A stretch of 64,000 nucleotides of DNA from an uncultured Acidobacteriota bacterium (GCA_963803735.1 CAWDNV010000023.1:21406-85405); one strand, 5' to 3'. Positions 47,163-57,672 are shown, counted from the stretch's first letter. The notes: generated by a model not told the origin, from the sequence alone. Program-made: numbers and translations.

Positions 47163-47900
47163 TTAGCGGGCCAGCACAAAGAGACTGAATCCGCCCAAGA
47201 GGCGAGCCGCCAAATCCTGGCTTATGGCGGAGAAGAGCATTCGGGGCCAACGAACGACCTTACCCTTCGCGCCAACGGGGAAATCTATGCCGAAGGGAGC
47301 GTAAAACCAGTCAAGCACTTCGTAGCCCTCGCCTGTGAGGCTCTGAAGGGCCAAGTCTTTGGTGAAGTAGTGAAGATGCCCATAGGTACGCCGGCGCATC
47401 ATCAGGCCGTCATTTCGTATGAGCGCCTGAACGGAAAGGTCCAAGGGGAAATTGAAGATTTTGTCGCGGGCAAGCCCTCTTAAGTCGCGCAGGAAAGCGA
47501 AATAATCTTCCACGTGTTCCACGACGTCGAGGATCAAGAGCAAGTCGAAATATGCGTCGGGCTCCTGCAAGATATCAGCCAATTTGCAGTGGAGCCGCTG
47601 GTTCTCGCGGCCCCGGGCGAGTTCGATAGCCTGTGGCGAGATGTCATAACCGGAAAAAACACACTGTGTATCCATGCTGAGCTGCAATTGCCGGAGCACT
47701 TCGCCGGCCCCACAACCCACCTCGCCGACGGAATGCGGGGCGATTTGGTGGCGTTTCAGCATCCGCAGGACATGCTGGGCCTTCCAGGAGGAAGCGTGGA
47801 CATGCCAGTCCGGATTCTTTTCGAGGTGCTCACCGTTAACGTAGACGCTTTGGGGCATTTCGGCAGCAGCTCCAGGGCGATTATTAGCGGCGAGTGTCAT
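47163..47900 (-). CDS. Class I SAM-dependent methyltransferase (tandem paralog A).
   Basis: GEVGCGAGEVLRQL motif I and FDLLLILDVVEH post-I/II. Confidence 0.85.
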   Translation of the reverse strand: MTLAANNRPGAAAEMPQSVYVNGEHLEKNPDWHVHASSWKAQHVLRMLKRHQIAPHSVGEVGCGAGEVLRQLQLSMDTQCVFSGYDISPQAIELARGRENQRLHCKLADILQEPDAYFDLLLILDVVEHVEDYFAFLRDLRGLARDKIFNFPLDLSVQALIRNDGLMMRRRTYGHLHYFTKDLALQSLTGEGYEVLDWFYAPFGIDFPVGAKGKVVRWPRMLFSAISQDLAARLLGGFSLFVLAR

Positions 47901-48592
47901 TTTGCGAGCACGAACAGGCTGTAGCCGCCGAGCAGACGGGCGGCAAAATCGGAATCAAGCGCAAAGCAAATTTTGCGGGGCAACTGCAGAATTTTCCGCG
48001 AAATACCCGAGGCGCGGTGTGCCGAGCGGGGGACATAGAACCAGTCGAGAATCTCGTATTGTTCGTCGCGCAAACTCTGCAGGAAGGTTTCCTTGGTGAA
48101 AAAATGGAGATCGTCCGTAATTTGCCGCCGCTTGGATAGGTTGCCTTTGCGTAAAACGGCTTGCGCGGAGAGATCCAAGACAGTATGGAAGAGTTTGTAC
48201 GGCGAGAGCGACCTTATGCTGCGCAGGAAACTGAAGTAGTTTTCCTGATGTTCCAGAACGTCCAGAATCAGCAGTAAATCGAAGCGTGCGTCGGGGTCTT
48301 TGCGAATGTCCGCGACCCGACATTGCAACCGTTCGTTCTGGCGCGCTCGGCTTAGCTCGATTGCTTGCGGTGCAATGTCATAGCCCACAAAAAGGCATTG
48401 CGGATCCATGCCAAGCTGCAATTGTCGAAGTACCTCACCTGTGCCGCAGCCGACTTCCCCAACAAGGCGAGGCGACAAATGATTTCGCTGCAGCACTTGC
48501 CGGACGCAGTTTGCCTTCCAGACAGAATCGTCTGTGTGCCAGTGGGGGACTTTCTTAATGTATTCGCCTGATACAAAGGCATTTGTTGGCAT
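47897..48592 (-). CDS. Class I SAM-dependent methyltransferase (tandem paralog B).
   Basis: GEVGCGTGEVLRQL and FDLLLILDVLEH. 4-nt overlap with paralog A. Confidence 0.85.
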   Translation of the reverse strand: MPTNAFVSGEYIKKVPHWHTDDSVWKANCVRQVLQRNHLSPRLVGEVGCGTGEVLRQLQLGMDPQCLFVGYDIAPQAIELSRARQNERLQCRVADIRKDPDARFDLLLILDVLEHQENYFSFLRSIRSLSPYKLFHTVLDLSAQAVLRKGNLSKRRQITDDLHFFTKETFLQSLRDEQYEILDWFYVPRSAHRASGISRKILQLPRKICFALDSDFAARLLGGYSLFVLAK

Positions 48593-48646
48593 GAAATGAA
48601 CTCGCTAGTTTGGTACGAAACAATGATTAGATGGAGTAGATGGCAC

Positions 48647-49039
48647 TTAGGGCGAGGGAATTAGGGTTTTGGCCTGGTTCGAGTGCACACTTTCTTTGGC
48701 TCTGCTGTCAACCGAAGTAACTGCATAGAAGTAGGTGTGCCCGCTTTGAACGCTACGATCTGTGTAGTTGGTCGCCCGGACCGGAGCTGAAGTCAGCTTA
48801 ATATAAGGTCCTCCATCTGTTTCGGACCGGTACACGTTGTATCCGACCACACGCGAGACGCTGGCTTTCCATTTCAGATCGACAGAATGAGGGTGAGTTG
48901 CAGTTTGTGGATCGGAATGGCCGGGATTGTCGCCGTGCGATGCCGAAACGGCCGGGATGAGCAGTAGGCTGCAAATTGTCCCAATAGCCATTCTGCCGAC
49001 GCTTTGGCGCTGACGCGCCACAAAACCAATTCCCATCAA
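48647..49039 (-). CDS. Small exported protein consisting of a single FN3 domain (paralog of 45176..45634).
   Basis: Signal peptide. DLKWKAS...GYNVYRSETDGGPY...TYFYAVTS. Confidence 0.7.
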   Translation of the reverse strand: MMGIGFVARQRQSVGRMAIGTICSLLLIPAVSASHGDNPGHSDPQTATHPHSVDLKWKASVSRVVGYNVYRSETDGGPYIKLTSAPVRATNYTDRSVQSGHTYFYAVTSVDSRAKESVHSNQAKTLIPSP

Positions 49040-49109
49040 ACATCGAGTCTACCGGAGTTGGCGCGTATTGGAGAGACAATCTTGACCTCCAAGAAGCTCC
49101 GCTATCTCT

Positions 49110-49952
49110 TCAATTAGATACGCAATTCTTACAGAATACCTCGATGGTATTCAGGGAGCACTTTTCGAGCTCCTGTGAAAATGCGCCTGCATCCAGCCAC
49201 GTCTTCAGAGCCAAACTCTGCTGACCATCGGCTGCGTAGTTGAATTTTCCGTCAGCGCTCAGCCTTTCGAGCTGCTCCACGCATTCCAAAGCTTCCGGTC
49301 TGAATTCAGGTAGATTAGCCTCGAATGAAAGAAGCGGAACGCGATACTTCAAACCCCTTAGCACCTTTACTTCATAACCCTCGACATCGATTTTGATAAA
49401 GAACGGAAGGCCATGAGCAACGATCAAGTCGTCGAGTGTGGTCGTTTCGATAAGACGATGTTGCGCAAATTCTAGACTGCTGTTTGTATGTTCAAACTTG
49501 ATTTTGTCGCTTTTTAGCGTATCTACCCATTTCTCACTGAGGGTATTCAGGGACGATCCAGCCCGGTCAATCCACATTGTTTCAGTCGTAACTTTGTCGC
49601 TTACCGCTTTACCGACAATGACTACGGGCTTTCGAGCCAACCTTAATTTTAGGAACTTTTCCGTTATCACCTGTTGGTTATGCTCGTCTGGTTCCACAGC
49701 GACAACGCGGGCCCCCAACCTCAGGAAGACGTCTGTCTTCCTCCCGTCGTTTGCCCCAACATCGAAAATCAAGTCACCCCGACGGAATCCATCGAATAGA
49801 CTGCGATAGAAATACATCTCTTTGTGCCGCGCGTCGATCCGCCCCTTATCGGCAATGTTCCAATAAAGATCGGAGACCCTCGACGCCCTCAACCGTTGAT
49901 AAACACCCGCTCGCGCTAAGCTGGCCTGAATGGACTGTTTAAATGTTTGCAT
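49110..49952 (-). CDS. FkbM-family methyltransferase.
   Basis: FDVGANDG and IKIDVEGYE motifs. Confidence 0.8.
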   Translation of the reverse strand: MQTFKQSIQASLARAGVYQRLRASRVSDLYWNIADKGRIDARHKEMYFYRSLFDGFRRGDLIFDVGANDGRKTDVFLRLGARVVAVEPDEHNQQVITEKFLKLRLARKPVVIVGKAVSDKVTTETMWIDRAGSSLNTLSEKWVDTLKSDKIKFEHTNSSLEFAQHRLIETTTLDDLIVAHGLPFFIKIDVEGYEVKVLRGLKYRVPLLSFEANLPEFRPEALECVEQLERLSADGKFNYAADGQQSLALKTWLDAGAFSQELEKCSLNTIEVFCKNCVSN

Positions 49953-50382
49953 GCTTTTTTCTCCTCAGACCTAGGGATTAATGGCACTACAAACGGATGG
50001 TCCGGGATTGAGCCTTAGTTGCGGTACGTATCGAAAAGACCACGAATTGCCCAAGGGTACAGGTTGCGGTCCTGATCACAATTGTTCGACAAGCCAGTAG
50101 GAACAAATCAAATCAAAAGCTAAGTTTAGACGGGACAAGCGTTATAGAATCTGGGCGATATGTGCATGACAAGAGCGGCGTTCATTGCAGCCTTAGGAAG
50201 CGACAAAACGGCAGCTTGACCTTCAAGCTCAGGAATTTCTCGAGCGCCAACTTCGTCTACGCACACCATACTCCTGATCCAGAGCAGAGTCGCAATCGAT
50301 GGAGCCTACTCCTGAGAAGTTGAATTGGTCGCGAAATCGCAGACGCCCAGGGCTTAAATTCTCTAGAAAACTTAGGGGGCAA

Positions 50383-52620
50383 ATGAAAAAGCTGCAATCG
50401 CGTCTCTGTTTTTTTTTACTACTTTTGATCGCGCCGACCTCCGCTCGCGCGCAGCAGGCCTGGACCGGAATCATTTCTCCGAGCCGTGCGATTAACTGGT
50501 CTAACGCCGGTGTTATCGGCGGTATTCCGGATGCGAGCTGGACTCAGTGCGGATCCACGATTCAGGCCTATGGAACGACTGGAGCTCCGGGCTCCGCATC
50601 GACTATCAACAACGGGATCAGTGCGTGCGGCACAAATCAGTACGTTCAGCTTGGAGCCGGCACCTTTTACCTGAACAGCAGTATCAGTTTCGGCGGAAAA
50701 TCTAACGTCGTTCTCCGGGGCATGGGCGCAGACCAAACGATCATTCGTTTCACGTCTGGGCCGGGATCGGGTTGCCAAGGTCTGGGCGGCGGAGTTTGCA
50801 TAATCAACGGAGATGCCCAGGATGCGCGCAGCGGACTTCCGAACACGGCAAACTGGACGGCCGGGTATGCACCGGGGACTAGCTCGATTACGTTATCGAA
50901 CACCGCGAATTTAAGTGTCGGTGCCCTGCTGATCCTTTGGCAGGCCGACCAGTCGAGCGATCCTGGAACGATCTGGAACTGCCAAAATACGGGATCACTG
51001 GGAAATTGTTCGCAACAAGGAGGCCAAGGGGGGCCGTCCGGAAACAGTCAAACGCAAACTGTGACAGTTACTTCTGTTTCGGGCACCACGGTTGGGATCA
51101 GCCCGGGACTATACTCTCCGATCTGGTCGGGCGCCTATTCGCCTCGTGCGGGATGGCCAACTCATCTGCCTATAACAAACGATGGCGTGGAAAACCTGAC
51201 GCTGGATAGCTCTCTAGCAACTGATAGCCCCGTGACCGGAGGCGCACTCATATTTTTTGGATGGGCGAGAGACTGCTGGGCTACAGGAGTGAGAACGATC
51301 AACAATGCTAGTCCGCCCTATCGAAACAACATCTGGACATACCAATCATCGCACTTAACGATTCAAAACAATTACATTTATGGATCGAACGGCTACGACT
51401 TAAGCTACGGCATCGAAGTGGCGTTTATGAGCGACGACAATTTAGTAGCCAACAACCTGCTCCAGCACACAGCCACCGCAGAGATCATTAACGGCGGAAC
51501 GGGAAATGTGTTCGCCTACAACTTCTCCGTAGACAACTACTACACGGCAAACGGCTCAGCGCCAGGTTGGCAACAGTCCGATTCCTACCCCTCCCACCAA
51601 GACGGCTCCTATTTAAACTTGTTTGAAGGCAACGCGGGCGCAAAAATGGCGGCCGATGACATTCACGGCACCAGCTGGATGGCTACTGCATTTCGGAACT
51701 ACTGGACGGGAAGGGATGGCCCCTTCAAGACCGGCAGCACGATGGCGGTGGACATCGAAGCCTACGCCCGTTACTTCAACATGATCGGGAACGTTCTCGG
51801 TGAACCGGGATATCACAACAATTACAAGGACGCTCCTGCATCGCAGACTGACAATACGGGCTGTGGCGGCACGGGGAACCGCAGCATTTTCGCAGTTGGT
51901 TGGGCGGGCGGCCAGGGCTGCTCTTTTAACACTGTCTACAATGACACGAAGGCTGCACCCACCATGTATCTCTGGGGGAATTACGATACGGTGACAGCAG
52001 CGGTCCGGTGGTGCGGCAATTCAAGCAATGCCGTATGGTCCACGATTTGCTCGCTCATTTCCGAGGTCCCGAGTGCGCTGTCAGCGTACGCTCAAGCAGT
52101 GCCGAACAGCACCACGCTTCCCGTTTCCTTCTATTTCGGTTCTAAACCTTCCTGGTATGTAGACGGGCTCGGTCATACCACGATTCCTTACCCAGCAATC
52201 GGGCCGGACGTCACTGGCTTCGGTCCTGGCGGTTTCGTGAATGCGATTCCGGCTCAAGTATGTTTTAACAACACGAGCTACGACACACGCTACGCCATCT
52301 CTGATTCAATAAGCTCGATTATTGAGAATGGCACGACGGCGACCGCTACGCTGGCCAGCGGCGCGCCTGGGGGTTTCACCCAGTACCAATCGTTCTGGAT
52401 TCGAGGCTCCTCTGTAGCTGGTTACAACCGTTTGTGGCAAATCGCTTCGGCGTCGGGGAATACGATAACGTTTACAGCTTACGCTGGCCTGGGGTCGGCA
52501 AGCGGCGGAACCGCAACCGTAAACGCAATTCATTCGTTCAATGCGGACGCTTGCTACGGCCATCAGTTGAACTCGGGACAACCCTTTCCGCCAACCAGTC
52601 TCAGCCTCACTATTCATTAA
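50383..52620 (+). CDS. Exported right-handed beta-helix protein (putative polysaccharide-active enzyme).
   Basis: Start MKKLQSRLCFFLLLLIAPTSARA. Asn-ladder-like repeats (IQNNYIYGSNG, NLVANNLLQ, GNVFAYNF). Confidence 0.65.
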   Translation: MKKLQSRLCFFLLLLIAPTSARAQQAWTGIISPSRAINWSNAGVIGGIPDASWTQCGSTIQAYGTTGAPGSASTINNGISACGTNQYVQLGAGTFYLNSSISFGGKSNVVLRGMGADQTIIRFTSGPGSGCQGLGGGVCIINGDAQDARSGLPNTANWTAGYAPGTSSITLSNTANLSVGALLILWQADQSSDPGTIWNCQNTGSLGNCSQQGGQGGPSGNSQTQTVTVTSVSGTTVGISPGLYSPIWSGAYSPRAGWPTHLPITNDGVENLTLDSSLATDSPVTGGALIFFGWARDCWATGVRTINNASPPYRNNIWTYQSSHLTIQNNYIYGSNGYDLSYGIEVAFMSDDNLVANNLLQHTATAEIINGGTGNVFAYNFSVDNYYTANGSAPGWQQSDSYPSHQDGSYLNLFEGNAGAKMAADDIHGTSWMATAFRNYWTGRDGPFKTGSTMAVDIEAYARYFNMIGNVLGEPGYHNNYKDAPASQTDNTGCGGTGNRSIFAVGWAGGQGCSFNTVYNDTKAAPTMYLWGNYDTVTAAVRWCGNSSNAVWSTICSLISEVPSALSAYAQAVPNSTTLPVSFYFGSKPSWYVDGLGHTTIPYPAIGPDVTGFGPGGFVNAIPAQVCFNNTSYDTRYAISDSISSIIENGTTATATLASGAPGGFTQYQSFWIRGSSVAGYNRLWQIASASGNTITFTAYAGLGSASGGTATVNAIHSFNADACYGHQLNSGQPFPPTSLSLTIH

Positions 52621-52638
52621 ACTTTTGTTTGCTCCGAG

Positions 52639-52681
52639 GGGAGCTGCGGTCCGCAAGAAGTTCTTGCGTTCTACAGCTCCC
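52639..52681 (+). terminator. Nested hairpin between convergent genes.
   Basis: Outer stem GGGAGCTG/CAGCTCCC encloses inner stem CGCAAGAA/TTCTTGCG, followed by a T-rich stretch. Confidence 0.4.
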
Positions 52682-52752
52682 TTCGCTATTTGCTCTTGAT
52701 CTGAAACATTTCGGCAATCGAAATGATGGGCGCCTATACCGTGACGGAAGGG

Positions 52753-53373
52753 CTAACACGGACGCCTTGGCTTGAAAACGAGCACGGTTGCCTCTTCCGG
52801 ATATTGAGATTTCTCTATAATTTCGAACTCACCCTCGATGACGTTCAGCATAGCTTTGGGCCTATGCTTCGTTGTGCCACCGTGCAACCTGACGACAAAA
52901 ACGCCTCCGTCCTTCAGATACTTGGCATAACGGTCCAAGATTATTTTTACTTTGCCAATTGGAACGTGGTACATCGACTCTCGGAAAAGGATCAGGTCAA
53001 ATCGCTGTGGGGGCATGTAGTTGAGAAAGTCGTCTTTCACAAAGAGGTTTTTTTCTGTCCGACCGTTTTCCTTAGTACGTCTTCTCGCTTTGAGTAACGC
53101 CGCTTCAGATATGTCCACGCCGACGTAGGTCTGGTAGGCACTCGCAGCCAGTTCGTTGGCCGTATTGCCGGGGCCGCAGCCGAGATCCAGGATGCTGCCC
53201 TTATGCAGATGCCTTGCGAGGTGCGGATACACGCAGTCTCCGGCCGTGTCATCAATGAAGTTCCATTTGCCTCCAGAGAATTCCTTGTCCCAGAGGATCT
53301 TCTTGATATTTGAAGGGCCGTAACTCTTCAGGAATCCCTGCATGAATTGGATCGAGCGCTGAGCAATGTTCAT
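52753..53373 (-). CDS. Class I SAM-dependent methyltransferase.
   Basis: ILDLGCGPGNTANELA motif I. 4-nt overlap with the GT4 gene. Confidence 0.8.
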   Translation of the reverse strand: MNIAQRSIQFMQGFLKSYGPSNIKKILWDKEFSGGKWNFIDDTAGDCVYPHLARHLHKGSILDLGCGPGNTANELAASAYQTYVGVDISEAALLKARRRTKENGRTEKNLFVKDDFLNYMPPQRFDLILFRESMYHVPIGKVKIILDRYAKYLKDGGVFVVRLHGGTTKHRPKAMLNVIEGEFEIIEKSQYPEEATVLVFKPRRPC

Positions 53374-54596
53374 ATTCTGTTCTCCGTCTGAAGGTTATCC
53401 GCCCGCGGGTGGACTGGTTCCTGGTTTTGTAGCAATCCCTTGTAAGCATTCAAGGTCAACTCGCTGACCTTTTCCCACGAATACCGCTCGTTGGCGTAAT
53501 CTCGAATCTCCTGACGGCGCTTCTCCAAGGATTGGTACAAATCGCTGGCGAAGTATTTTGTGATAGCGCCGGCCAAATCGACCGGATCGTCCGGCTTGCA
53601 GACGAAGCCGGTTCTGCCTTCGGTTACATCATCGCTAAAACAGCCAACATCGGTGGCGACGACGGGTAGGCCGAAGCTGTACCCCATGAAGAGTACAGCG
53701 CTTTGGGAAATAAACCTGTACGGGAGCACCAGGAGATCGGCAGCCTTGAAGTATGCTTCCAACAAGTCGTCCGGAACGAATCCGATGCTCAACTGCACTT
53801 GATTGTGAATGCCGGAATTCCGGATGGCCTGTTCGATTTCAGCCACGTACTTCTCACATCCTCCCCTTGGTTTGCCAGCGATGATCAGCCGATATTTCGA
53901 ATTTGTGGCTGCAATCCGTTGAAATGCTGTAACCAGGAGGTCCACGCCTTTATAAGGTCCAAGGTTACCGAAGAACAAAATTGTCTTGTGTGCGTCGCCA
54001 ATCCCGAGCTGTTGTCTTGCTTCGGCGCGAGTGAGCCCCCGGTCCGGGAGAGCATTGTTAATTCCAAAAGGGATTAAAGTGATGTTTTGCTCAGGGACAT
54101 GAAAATCGTTGACGAGCTCCGCCTTCATCTTTGAGGTATGCACGAAAAAATGATCCGTAAGGCGATATTGAACGCGCAAAGTAAGGCGATTGAGCCATGA
54201 GTCGTTTGAATCTCTTTTTCCGGAATTAATGTTGTGCGCGGTGAGAACTACCTTTTTGCCCAGCAGCTTGTAATAGAGCATGAGCAGGGTTCTATCGAAG
54301 TATTCCAGCCTGTAATTCCAGAGAATGTGAAAGATCTCGGGCTTGGGTGCCGCGGCATATGGAAGGAGGCGAGCATAATAGTTCAAGACTCTAAGGGTCC
54401 TCTTAACGAAACTGACATTTCTCGCCGGCCAACGTTCGAATTCCAAAAATCTCACGCCCGGACTGCCATGCAATTCGGGGCTATCAATTTCCTCGCCGCC
54501 GATGACATCCAAGCACAGGCCTCTGGAGATCAACGCTGTTATCAATCCGAATGCGTAATGCCTGTCTCGGCATCCTGTAAGCAATGCGATCTTCAT
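53370..54596 (-). CDS. GT4-family glycosyltransferase.
   Basis: Start MKIALLTG. C-terminal GT-B motifs (GKPRGG..., FGLPVVATDVGCFSDDVTEGRTGF). Confidence 0.85.
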   Translation of the reverse strand: MKIALLTGCRDRHYAFGLITALISRGLCLDVIGGEEIDSPELHGSPGVRFLEFERWPARNVSFVKRTLRVLNYYARLLPYAAAPKPEIFHILWNYRLEYFDRTLLMLYYKLLGKKVVLTAHNINSGKRDSNDSWLNRLTLRVQYRLTDHFFVHTSKMKAELVNDFHVPEQNITLIPFGINNALPDRGLTRAEARQQLGIGDAHKTILFFGNLGPYKGVDLLVTAFQRIAATNSKYRLIIAGKPRGGCEKYVAEIEQAIRNSGIHNQVQLSIGFVPDDLLEAYFKAADLLVLPYRFISQSAVLFMGYSFGLPVVATDVGCFSDDVTEGRTGFVCKPDDPVDLAGAITKYFASDLYQSLEKRRQEIRDYANERYSWEKVSELTLNAYKGLLQNQEPVHPRADNLQTENRI

Positions 54597-54688
54597 TTCA
54601 GTTTGTGACGCAGGCAACTGAGCCTCAACACCTGACGAGCAAGAGGTAATCATTCGAATTTGTTGTTCCGCCAAGACCAGATAACCGT

Positions 54689-56257
54689 TTAACTGGTCGC
54701 GGCGGCCGGCGGTGCGACCGCGACGGACCGCGTTCCAGAGCGCCGGGGCAGGAAGTCGCCCAGAAGCCCAGCAGCATGGCGAATTGGCTCAAGGCCTCGA
54801 TGAAGCGCAACAACGGCGGCAAGGTACAGCGTCGTGAAGAGCAGAGAATACGAAACCAGTCGAGCTAATGCGCCCACAGCTCCGGGCATAGCTTCGAGCT
54901 GCGGCATCATGTGAATCAGCCAGGCCGTGCTGCCGGCGGCTACCACCGAGGCCGCGAAAAACTTCCAGATGATCGTCAGGACAGGAGCAATGCCCAGACC
55001 GATTGGCCTGCCCGCGTACCAGAGCGAGGGAATTAAGAGAACGAAAAAAGAGGTGGTCCAGGCCAGGGCGATGCCTTTAGGTCCCCAAGGGAGAGCGATC
55101 AGGAAGAGCCCCACGGTGCAAATGACCTCAATCAACCCCCAGCGGAACCATCGTTCGGGTCGCCCAATCGAGAGGTGAATCCAGCCGTGCGTGTAGTAGA
55201 GCAACATCACGCCGATGCCGGGACCAAAAAAGGCGAAGATACGCCCGGTCTCTTCCCAGCCAGGGCCCAAAAAAAGGCGGATCAGGTCTCTGCTTACTAC
55301 TATAAAACCCGCTCCAACGCCCATGCCCACGAAGGCCAGAACGGAGATGCCGGCCAAAAGATATTGTTGGTAGCGGTCGCGTTCGCTTTTTAAGCGACTG
55401 AGAGTCGTCACCACAACAGCTGAAATCGGGGACAACAGTTGGCATAAGGGAAGGAAAAAAATATCGAACGCCTTCTTGTAGAATCCGAGTGCTTGGGCTC
55501 CAAACCGCCAACCAACGAGAAGGTTATCGGCATTCCCCGCGAAATAGTTGAGGCTGAAGCGCGAGTAGACGTTCGTTGCGAATTTGACAGCAGCGCGAGT
55601 ACCGCAGCTAGATCGGGGCGGGCCCGGAGTCCAGCGGCACAGTATCCAAGCACCAATCGAGATACTAATCGGTTGCGCAACGTAGCCTGCGACCAGCGCC
55701 CAGTAATTCCATCCCCTGAAGGCCAGGATAATCGAGACCGCCACGCAGACGAGGCGGCTGACTATGTTGTTCGTCGAAACCGCCGTGAACCGCATAGCGC
55801 GATTCAGAAGGGCAACATGAATTACGGAGAGGCTGGAGGCAATGATCGTGAGAGATATCCCCTCTACAGCATTTTTTACAACCGGATCGTGATAAAAGGC
55901 TGCGATCACGGGTCCAAGAGCGGCGAACATCACGGTGAGGAGGACGCCCGCAGCGAGGTTGATCCAGAACAGATTGCTGGTTAGAGAATGAGTGAGATTC
56001 TCGCGCTGCAGGATCAGCTCTGTGAATCCGTTCAGGCCGAAGCTGCAGAGGAGCAGACTAAAAGTAGTGACCATCGTAACGATGCCAAAATCGGCTGGTG
56101 TGAGCAGCCGCGCCAGTACCATGGTTGCCGCGATCTGTATGGCAAACGATAGCCCTGACGAAAAAATCGTGACACCAGCGCCGCGAACGGCAGTCTTGCG
56201 CAGACCGTCACCGTTAGCAGCGGGATGGAATGTCCCGCTGACGTCGAAAGGTTTCAA
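54689..56257 (-). CDS. Wzx-type oligosaccharide flippase (MOP superfamily).
   Basis: About 14 TM segments with a typical polysaccharide-biosynthesis-protein N-terminus. Confidence 0.8.
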   Translation of the reverse strand: MKPFDVSGTFHPAANGDGLRKTAVRGAGVTIFSSGLSFAIQIAATMVLARLLTPADFGIVTMVTTFSLLLCSFGLNGFTELILQRENLTHSLTSNLFWINLAAGVLLTVMFAALGPVIAAFYHDPVVKNAVEGISLTIIASSLSVIHVALLNRAMRFTAVSTNNIVSRLVCVAVSIILAFRGWNYWALVAGYVAQPISISIGAWILCRWTPGPPRSSCGTRAAVKFATNVYSRFSLNYFAGNADNLLVGWRFGAQALGFYKKAFDIFFLPLCQLLSPISAVVVTTLSRLKSERDRYQQYLLAGISVLAFVGMGVGAGFIVVSRDLIRLFLGPGWEETGRIFAFFGPGIGVMLLYYTHGWIHLSIGRPERWFRWGLIEVICTVGLFLIALPWGPKGIALAWTTSFFVLLIPSLWYAGRPIGLGIAPVLTIIWKFFAASVVAAGSTAWLIHMMPQLEAMPGAVGALARLVSYSLLFTTLYLAAVVALHRGLEPIRHAAGLLGDFLPRRSGTRSVAVAPPAAATS

Positions 56258-57672
56258 TTCTCCTCCCGAAGCATTGTGATGCCGGAGGTCTCATCGGCGG
56301 ACACGATCGCGCTTTCGCTCTCGGGGAGATCGACAAATTCCTGCTGTGCGTCTGCATCCCAAACCAGCTCATCCGAAGCGGCAACTGCGAGCAGCAGAAA
56401 AATCCAGATAACATCCAGCATCCTGAAGCCGGCCTCGGTGATGCTGTAGATGGCTGCGACAACTATATAGGTCACAAGCAGGGCGCCGAGTGCAGATTCG
56501 CGCTGAAAAACCGCGGTGGCACGCCGATAGCCGTTGATCAGAACCAGCGCGATCAGCGCTATTCCCACCCATCCAAGGTTGAGATAAACTTCAATGTAGC
56601 CGTTGTGTGCCTCATTAGGATGAAGGACAGGGAACGCACGCCATAAGGCCTGCACGCGAGGCCCGATCCAAAAGCTTTCGAAGCCCGCACCGAACATTGG
56701 GTTGGGAGCCATGGGAACCACGGCATCCCAAATCGCCAGGCGTCCAGTTAAGTTCGTTTGGCGGCCCAAAGCATGGACTACGTTGGCCCCACCGCCGAGG
56801 AACATGACGACACCACCCGCAACTAGAGCTCCCATGACGAGTGCATGCACGAGCCCGGGTCGAGGTCCGCGCACAAACAGCCACGAGGCGAGCATCAATC
56901 CAGTTCCAAGCGCAAAGCAGGCCACGGAAGTAGCTGAGTTTGCCGTGACCAAAAGGGCTATGCCAAAGGCAAGCAGAGTGCCTTGCGCTAAAAGATGCCG
57001 GCCGCGATTGGGCTCCTGGCTATCTTGAAGAAGGGCGAGAATCCGCCAGACCGCGCCGAGCGACAGGACGAGAGTAGTGACGCCCAGGATATTCTTGCCG
57101 ATTGCCACTCCGATGTTCGCCGGCTCGCCCGAAAAGGCGTCATAGGTGCGACCCAGATTATTGAAATATCTGATCAACAGGACCGACGCGGGCATAAGGA
57201 TAAAACCCGTTCGAGAGAAAAGGCGCTTGAGCGCTGCGCGTGGCTCGGCATCTGTTACAACGATAAGGACCATGACAAGATCGCCAAGAGCTTTGGTCCA
57301 GCGCTTGAAAGATATGTCGGAGAAATCGGACCAAAGCACGCTAAGGAGACAATAAGAGAAGAAGATCAGGGTGGGCCAGCTCGCTCGGAGAAGAACCTTT
57401 GTCCGATAGCTTCGGTGTGCCAATACCAGGATTCCTGCGATCAAGAGAATCAGGAAAACAGATCGATCAAGCGGACTACCGTCGAGGAGTTGGCTATCGC
57501 CTGAAACTGGCGAGAGTCCCAGCCAGGAGGAGACGGGCCTCGACCCCACGATCCAGAGCCATATGACAGGTACCCACAGGGCTTTGGAAGTGCGGATGGA
57601 GTTATCGCGATCAAGGTAAAAGAGGCCCGCGATCCCAACCGCAAAAAGAAAGAGAGCGCTCGAGGGATTCAT
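56254..57672 (-). CDS. O-antigen ligase / Wzy-like polymerase family membrane protein.
   Basis: Polytopic. Periplasmic loop motif NEAHNGYIEVYLNLGWVG. Confidence 0.8.
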   Translation of the reverse strand: MNPSSALFLFAVGIAGLFYLDRDNSIRTSKALWVPVIWLWIVGSRPVSSWLGLSPVSGDSQLLDGSPLDRSVFLILLIAGILVLAHRSYRTKVLLRASWPTLIFFSYCLLSVLWSDFSDISFKRWTKALGDLVMVLIVVTDAEPRAALKRLFSRTGFILMPASVLLIRYFNNLGRTYDAFSGEPANIGVAIGKNILGVTTLVLSLGAVWRILALLQDSQEPNRGRHLLAQGTLLAFGIALLVTANSATSVACFALGTGLMLASWLFVRGPRPGLVHALVMGALVAGGVVMFLGGGANVVHALGRQTNLTGRLAIWDAVVPMAPNPMFGAGFESFWIGPRVQALWRAFPVLHPNEAHNGYIEVYLNLGWVGIALIALVLINGYRRATAVFQRESALGALLVTYIVVAAIYSITEAGFRMLDVIWIFLLLAVAASDELVWDADAQQEFVDLPESESAIVSADETSGITMLREEN

